Origin: Planctomycetaceae bacterium
GTDB lineage: Bacteria; Planctomycetota; Planctomycetia; Pirellulales; Thermoguttaceae
Reading direction: 5' to 3'
DNA length: 39,566 nucleotides
NCBI GenBank assembly: GCA_003509805.1
Contig: DOMV01000119.1
Span: 729 to 40,294 of the forward strand
The notes beneath the pieces were generated by a model. It searched no databases and was not told the DNA's origin. It saw only the letters and a list, made by a program, of their open reading frames with translations. A program made the translations under genes and the position numbers. The stretch's first letter is position 1; every line of letters starts with the position of its first letter. Below are positions 35,105 through 39,566 of this stretch, one piece after another.

Positions 35105-36553
35105 ATGAAAATACTCTTTGCCGACGACGAAAGGTCGCTCCAGGAACTGATGCGGCTGGAATTGCCACAGATGGGACATTCGGTCGTCGTTTGCCCCGAC
35201 GGCGCGACCGCGATCTCTGCCCTGCAAAAAGAATCGTTCGATTGCCTGCTGGTCGATCTCGACATGCCCGGCGCGACGGGACTTGAAGTGATCGCGGCCG
35301 CCAGGGAGCTTTCTCCCGGAGCCGATGCCGTGATCATGACCGGTAAGGGAACGCTCGATACCGCCGTCGAAGCGATCCGGCAAGGTGTGGCCGACTATTT
35401 GACCAAACCGACGAAATTGCAGGATATCGCCCTCCTCCTCAACCGGATCGTCGAAAAACGGGCCCTGATGAACCAGTATCTCGCCGTCAAGACGCAACTC
35501 CAGCGCATCGAAGGGGGAATGCGGCTCGTCGGCGAATCGGAACCGATGCAACGGGTGTACCACGTCCTGGATCGGATCGCCCCGACCGAGTCGACGGTCG
35601 TGATTCTCGGCGACACCGGCACGGGCAAGGAATTGGTCGCCCGGGCCATCCATGACCGCAGTCCGCGGAAAGACAAGCCGTTCGTCGCCGTCAACTGCGG
35701 GGCGCTCCCGGAAACCCTGATCGAAAGCGAACTGTTCGGCCACCGCAAGGGAAGTTTCACAGGGGCCGACGAACATCGGACCGGCCTGTTCGAGGTGGCC
35801 CACGGCGGAACGCTTTTCCTCGACGAAATCGGAGAACTCCCGAAAGGCGTCCAAGCCAAGCTGTTACGTTTTCTCGAATCGGGCGAAGTGCGGAAAATCG
35901 GGGAAAACTCCTCGATTCACTGCGATGTCCGTGTCGTCTGCGCAACGCTCAAAGATCTGGAGGAAATGGTTCATTCCGGTGATTTCCGTGAAGATCTCTG
36001 GTTCCGGATCAACACGTTTGAAATCCATTTGCCGCCCCTCAAGGAACGTATCGACGATTTGCCGGACCTGATCCTGCACCTGGCGAAACGCTACCAGGTC
36101 GGGATCAATCTCCGGGACGGGGAGAAATTGTTCACCCGCGACGCCTACGAGTTGCTTCTGGCCTACGAATGGCCGGGAAACGTGCGCCAATTGGCCAACG
36201 TGATCGAGCATGCGCTGATTCTCGCGGACAAGTTGCCCATCGACGTCGGGGAACTGCCTCACGCCCTCAAACCCCGGATCGAAACGGTTCCGATCAACCA
36301 GGACCGGATTACGGAACAGCGGCCGCAGCGACCGATTACGAAGAAGGAAACCGTTCTGAACGGTCCGATGGCCGAGCTGATGTCCTTCGAACCCGAGCCG
36401 GGCCGAACACTCCGGGACATGGAAATGGATGCGATCCAATCGGCCATGCGGCGGCACGACGGCAACAAGGCCAAAGTTGCCGAAGAACTCGGTATCAGCC
36501 TGAAAACGTTGTACAACAAGCTCAACCAGAACGAGACCCGGCGGACTGCATGA
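35105..36553 (+). CDS. sigma54-dependent response regulator (NtrC/Fis family enhancer-binding protein)
   Basis: REC domain (MKILFADDE...DLDMPG...KP). AAA+ sigma54-interaction domain (GDTGTGKELVARAIH, GSFTGA, ESELFGH-type motifs, GTLFLDEIGEL). C-terminal Fis-type HTH (KAKVAEELGISLKTLYNKL). Confidence 0.92.
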   Translation: MKILFADDERSLQELMRLELPQMGHSVVVCPDGATAISALQKESFDCLLVDLDMPGATGLEVIAAARELSPGADAVIMTGKGTLDTAVEAIRQGVADYLTKPTKLQDIALLLNRIVEKRALMNQYLAVKTQLQRIEGGMRLVGESEPMQRVYHVLDRIAPTESTVVILGDTGTGKELVARAIHDRSPRKDKPFVAVNCGALPETLIESELFGHRKGSFTGADEHRTGLFEVAHGGTLFLDEIGELPKGVQAKLLRFLESGEVRKIGENSSIHCDVRVVCATLKDLEEMVHSGDFREDLWFRINTFEIHLPPLKERIDDLPDLILHLAKRYQVGINLRDGEKLFTRDAYELLLAYEWPGNVRQLANVIEHALILADKLPIDVGELPHALKPRIETVPINQDRITEQRPQRPITKKETVLNGPMAELMSFEPEPGRTLRDMEMDAIQSAMRRHDGNKAKVAEELGISLKTLYNKLNQNETRRTA

Positions 36554-36570
36554 TCCGGGTCCTTCAGACG

Positions 36571-36786
36571 TATACCGGCAACGCGGTGAAAGTGGTTGTT
36601 TGGTGAAGACGGCTTGTTGCACTCACTCGCCGCAACATATTTGCAAATATCTTGTTGTAACGATCTCTTTGTAAATAGCCTTGCAAATGTCCGGTTGCAC
36701 GTTTCATTCGAGCAACAGGCGATTGTTCACGGGAACAATTTCAGGCCGTTTGTTTCATCCGTTTGTTTCAGGCCGTTTGCGGTATA
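36571..36786 (-). repeat. family A element, diverged long copy (A6, 216 nt)
   Basis: TATACCGGCAACGCGGTGAAAGTGG...GCTTGTTGCACTCACTCGCC...CATTCGAGCAACAGGCGATTGTTCACGGGAACAATTTCAGGCCGTTTG(TTTCATCCGTTTGTTTCAGGCCGTTTG)CGGTATA. It has an internal duplication and TA on both flanks. It starts 18 nt after the activator stop. Confidence 0.8.
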
Positions 36787-36877
36787 AACAGTCCGTAATT
36801 CGGTCCGGCCGGGCGGCGCAGACGCCTGCTTTTCCGCGCATTCCGCCCGATCTCCGCCAAACGCGCTTCGCCCAACG

Positions 36878-37546
36878 TTATTCAAATGAATACGACGCTC
36901 CGGTCGCCGCGATTTGCAGCGTAAACCGGTTTTCACCGCCTTTATCCGTCGAAATGTTCTGCTGTTGGTAGGCGGCGATCGGCGAATGAGCTCCGCCCGA
37001 CCCGGTTGCGACCGCCCTGGATTCGGCGTCGAGTTGCCCGATACCGCGGACAAGGGAGGCGAGATTGGCCAATTCCTTGAACTGGCCGGCAAGTTCCGGA
37101 TCGTTTTGGAGTAAATGCCGAATTTTCGCCGCATCCGGATGGTTCCCGGAAAGCAGGAGTTCCGTCTCGTCGCCTTCTTGCAACGTCGCCGGCCGGCCCG
37201 TGTCGATGCCGTTGGATTTCATCGAACGCATCATCTGCTGTTGAAAGGTGTTGAGCTTCATTTGGAGCACGTTGGCCATCATATCGCCACGCTTTTTGAG
37301 GCTGTCCAAACCTTCCATCGGGGAAAGTGATATCCCTTCCCCATCGGCGCCGTCGAGGCCCATTTCCATATTGAGCAAATCAATTTGTTTCGAAAGCTGC
37401 GACAGAATCAGTTGATCTTCGACCGCTTTTTTATCGGCTTTTCCGCCTGACACGTTGGCGGCAAGATCGGAAATGCCCGAGGTGAACGATTGAAGGGCCG
37501 CATTTCCTTTTTGGAAGATACCGGACAGGGAGGAGGAGTTTATCAT
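36878..37546 (-). CDS. hypothetical soluble protein (222 aa)
   Basis: The ATG at 37546 (MINSSSLSGIF...) is chosen. The tracked N-terminal extension to 37753 is a read-through of a repeat element. No TM segment and no family recognised. Confidence 0.5.
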   Translation of the reverse strand: MINSSSLSGIFQKGNAALQSFTSGISDLAANVSGGKADKKAVEDQLILSQLSKQIDLLNMEMGLDGADGEGISLSPMEGLDSLKKRGDMMANVLQMKLNTFQQQMMRSMKSNGIDTGRPATLQEGDETELLLSGNHPDAAKIRHLLQNDPELAGQFKELANLASLVRGIGQLDAESRAVATGSGGAHSPIAAYQQQNISTDKGGENRFTLQIAATGASYSFE

Positions 37547-37647
37547 GGGATTTGTTGGCCTGAAAATGAAGGAGAAAAAGGGATCATCCAGGCGAACGAT
37601 ACGAAAATCGACATTTTCCGTCCAGAGCAGAAATGGAAATTTTTGGG

Positions 37648-37729
37648 TATCCCCGAAGCCGGTCGCGTGCCGCGATGGGCGGCAGGCGGACTTGACCAAA
37701 ATGGTCGTTTTCATCGCGTTTCCGGTACA
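37648..37729 (+). repeat. hybrid element: B-type 5' terminus fused to A-type 3' arm
   Basis: TATCCCCGAAGCCGGT (B 5' end), then ...GGGCGGCAGGCGGACTTGACCAAAATGGTCGTTTTCATCGCGTTTCCGGTACA (A 3' arm). Confidence 0.65.
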
Positions 37730-37760
37730 CTTGTACTCAACCGGCTTCGACATGATACGA

Positions 37761-38072
37761 CTATGGTTTTTCTTCGTCGGGACAGATGCAGGCGTATTCT
37801 CCGCACCCTGGACAGCCGGTCCCGTATTTTTCGGCGATTGCTTCGGTCAAGTCGCACTCGACGACATTGGCAATGGTCGTAAGCCAGGCGAGGACGTCGG
37901 CAAATTCCAACCGGATTTCATCCGGTCTGCCGTTTCGCAACGCGGCGGCAAGCTCCCCGATTTCCTCCATCAGCCACATGAATGTCCCGTCGACGCCGCG
38001 CTGTCGATCCTTTTCATAGTACATTTTGCGAATAAGCCGCTGGAAATCCCGTATTGAAATCTCGTTTTTCAT
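37761..38072 (-). CDS. MazG-like nucleotide pyrophosphohydrolase domain protein
   Basis: 103 aa. The E-x2-E-x12-ish-E-x2-D pattern (MEEIGELAAAL...EFADVLAWL) is typical of small MazG-type proteins. The tail is Cys-rich (GCPGCGEYACICP). Confidence 0.8.
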   Translation of the reverse strand: MKNEISIRDFQRLIRKMYYEKDRQRGVDGTFMWLMEEIGELAAALRNGRPDEIRLEFADVLAWLTTIANVVECDLTEAIAEKYGTGCPGCGEYACICPDEEKP

Positions 38073-38225
38073 AGTTTTACCGTCACAAATGGTTTTTTTG
38101 ACAGAATAGGGCAGGATATTCTTAATCCACCGAAGCCGACTTTCAACCGACTGTCGCTATAAACCGCAAAGATTACCATATTTCCAATAAAAAAGCATCA
38201 TTTCCTTGAAAAAATAAAAAGAGGT

Positions 38226-38253
38226 TTGACATGACTGTGAGAGTTGCTAAAAT
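38226..38253 (+). promoter_or_regulatory. sigma70-type promoter (TTGACA-16-TAAAAT) reading into repeat A5 and tatA
   Basis: An A-rich UP-like tract (AAAAATAAAAAGAGG) precedes the -35 hexamer. The next ORF on this strand is tatA at 38583. Confidence 0.55.
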
Positions 38254-38272
38254 GGCACGCAGAGGGTTGTTG

Positions 38273-38422
38273 TGTACTGCGAACGGCATGACGATCCTCC
38301 CGCGAACAATCACCTGCCGCTCGAACGATCCGTTTAAGCACTTGTCTGAAAAGACGTTAAAGGAGAGTGAGTGCGGTAGGCAAACTTGACCGCATGTCCG
38401 TTTTCATCGCGTTTCCAGTATA
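38273..38422 (+). repeat. family A element, full copy (A5)
   Basis: TGTACTGCGAACGGCATGACGATCCTCCCGCGAACAATCACCTGCCGCTCGAACGATCCG...GAGTGAGTGCGGTAGGCAAACTTGACCGCATGTCCGTTTTCATCGCGTTTCCAGTATA. It begins about 13 nt downstream of the predicted start point of a strong sigma70-like promoter. Confidence 0.88.
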
Positions 38423-38481
38423 GTTTCCCTGAGCCGACTTTGGGGGGCCTGTCCGCCGGAAATAACACCGCCTGTGGAGCG
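38423..38481 (-). repeat. family B partial copy abutting A5
   Basis: GTTTCCCTGAGCCGACTTTGGGGGGCCTGTCCGCCGGAAATAACACCGCCTGTGGAGCG aligns with 25666-25724 (GATTTCCCGAAGCCGACTTTCGAG...AACACCGCACGGAGGG). The terminal TATA is shared with A5. Confidence 0.6.
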
Positions 38482-38582
38482 ATGTTGTTTTTCGGGGGAG
38501 GATGCGGATTGACCGGAAAACAGGGTCGGCTTCGGTATGAGAAGGTTTGCGACTTGGGACATTCACCAAAAGGAAGAACGCT

Positions 38583-38795
38583 ATGTTTACCTTCAGCCCA
38601 ATCAATATTTTGTTTCTTGCAGTCGTTTTGCTGCTGGTTTTCGGTAACCGCCTCCCGTATGTGATGCGTTCTTTGGGGCGGAGCGTCGTGGAATTTAAGA
38701 AGGGTGTGAATGGGATCGAAGATGACTTGGATTCCGCGATGAAAGGCGTTGACGAGAAAGCAAAAGAAGGCGCGAAGCAGGACACCGGTCTTTAG
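38583..38795 (+). CDS. tatA: twin-arginine translocase subunit TatA/E (copy 1)
   Basis: The ATG at 38583 gives 70 aa. N-terminal TM helix, then the FG hinge and an amphipathic helix (ILFLAVVLLLVFGNRLPYVMRSLGRSVVEFKKG). Confidence 0.85.
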   Translation: MFTFSPINILFLAVVLLLVFGNRLPYVMRSLGRSVVEFKKGVNGIEDDLDSAMKGVDEKAKEGAKQDTGL

Positions 38796-38926
38796 AGTCT
38801 GCCGTAAGGGAGTTCAGTGGACGGGTTTACAGCGAACATCGCCTGTTTCAGTCCGCTTTGGTATCCGATCGGTCTGCTTGGTTTTTTTCGGAAAACGGGG
38901 CCGCTTCGGTCTTGGAGGGTGTGTGC

Positions 38927-39190
38927 ATGGCGATTTTGGCTTTTTTCACTCCAAGCCCCCAGGCTCTGCTCATCCTTATGGTGGTCGGTGTTATTCTTTT
39001 TGGAAGCCGTCTTCCGGAGGTGGCCCGTCAAATCGGACGCGGCCTGATGGAGTTTAAGAAAGGGATGGGCGGATTAAGCCGGATTGGCGACCAAGAGAAG
39101 ACCTCAACCGCGTTGCAAGAACCCCTGAACGCGGGAGTTCAGGAAACTTCGCACAAACGTTTTGAGTTGCCGATGGAAGAGGAGATTTGA
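38927..39190 (+). CDS. tatA: twin-arginine translocase subunit TatA/E (copy 2)
   Basis: The ATG at 38927 follows GGAGGG. 87 aa, with LLILMVVGVILFGSRLPEVARQIGRGLMEFKKG. Confidence 0.85.
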   Translation: MAILAFFTPSPQALLILMVVGVILFGSRLPEVARQIGRGLMEFKKGMGGLSRIGDQEKTSTALQEPLNAGVQETSHKRFELPMEEEI

Positions 39191-39544
39191 GCGTTTTTGT
39201 TTTTCGGGCGTGTTGTTTTGATTTTCTTCGGCTTTGTCGGGATTGGTTCTGTAAAAGAGCGGATATGCCGAATGTCGTTGCAATTTCCCAAAACTTAGGG
39301 CGTGTTGACACTAGCAATTTGGGATATTTGGTGGCGGGAATGGCAAAAACAGGCAGTTTTCAAGCCACCCAACGATCCTCAATTATGTTTCCTAAAACAT
39401 GTTTTGGTGGCGATTTGCCCCCTGAAAAGCCATAGTGTCAATAGGCCCGGGTTGCAACTTCAGATACTGAGCGACCGCCCTGTGTCAGCGGTTTGTTAGC
39501 AGATAAATTTCCTTTTATTCAAAAAACAGTAACATATTAAAACA

Positions 39545-39566
39545 GGGCGACTAGCTCAGTTGGTTA
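39545..39566 (+). tRNA. 5' end of a tRNA gene (truncated by window edge; identity undeterminable)
   Basis: GGGCGAC-TA-GCTC-AGTTGGTTA is a typical acceptor stem plus D arm start. The anticodon is outside the window. Confidence 0.6.

Noticed and set aside
9681-38481. A possible CRISPR array, because a similar sequence of about 30 nt (GTCCGTTTTCATCGCGTTTCCAGTATA) recurs many times.
   Set aside because: The copies are kilobases apart, occur in both orientations, are separated by ordinary genes and are embedded in longer homologous units. There is no regular repeat-spacer periodicity and there are no cas genes.

Overview
This is a GC-rich 39.6-kb chromosomal segment. The gene content and protein styles suggest a Planctomycetota-like bacterium (inference): a DUF1080 lipoprotein, a membrane-anchored prenyltransferase/squalene-oxidase-repeat protein, Tex with very large low-complexity inserts, a 4-ACT aspartokinase and two TatA genes. 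I call 29 protein genes, nearly all housekeeping: recJ, rpmG, trpD, yggS, hisC, a cheY-like gene, a nifS-like gene, tex, trkA, a wecA/mraY-family gene, fabF, pckA, lysC, pyrB, glyA, an MMPL transporter, a sigma54-type activator, a mazG-like gene and 2x tatA. There is one complete tRNA-Ser(GGA) and the first 22 nt of another tRNA at the right edge. I see no CRISPR array, transposase, integrase, prophage or recognisable defence or toxin cluster. Canonical sigma70-type promoters (TTGACA-16/17-TATAAT-like) can be read upstream of several genes. The unusual content is non-coding. Almost every intergenic spacer longer than about 60 bp carries one or more members of a TA-flanked, inverted-repeat-ended, hairpin-forming repeat superfamily. 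Family A is 149-216 nt with 6 full copies, family B is about 120 nt, and there are short 60-86-nt and hybrid forms, giving at least 16 copies in total. The architecture resembles Correia/MITE-type elements, and compensatory substitutions in an inner stem suggest the fold is maintained. Second-tier observations: a 9-mer CATGTCGGG clustered around the MMPL transporter / sigma54-activator pair, an 11-nt x4 phased tandem repeat in the lysC leader, other short intergenic tandem repeats, and two unexplained non-coding stretches. All calls come from reading the sequence and the ORF track by eye; no database search was run.
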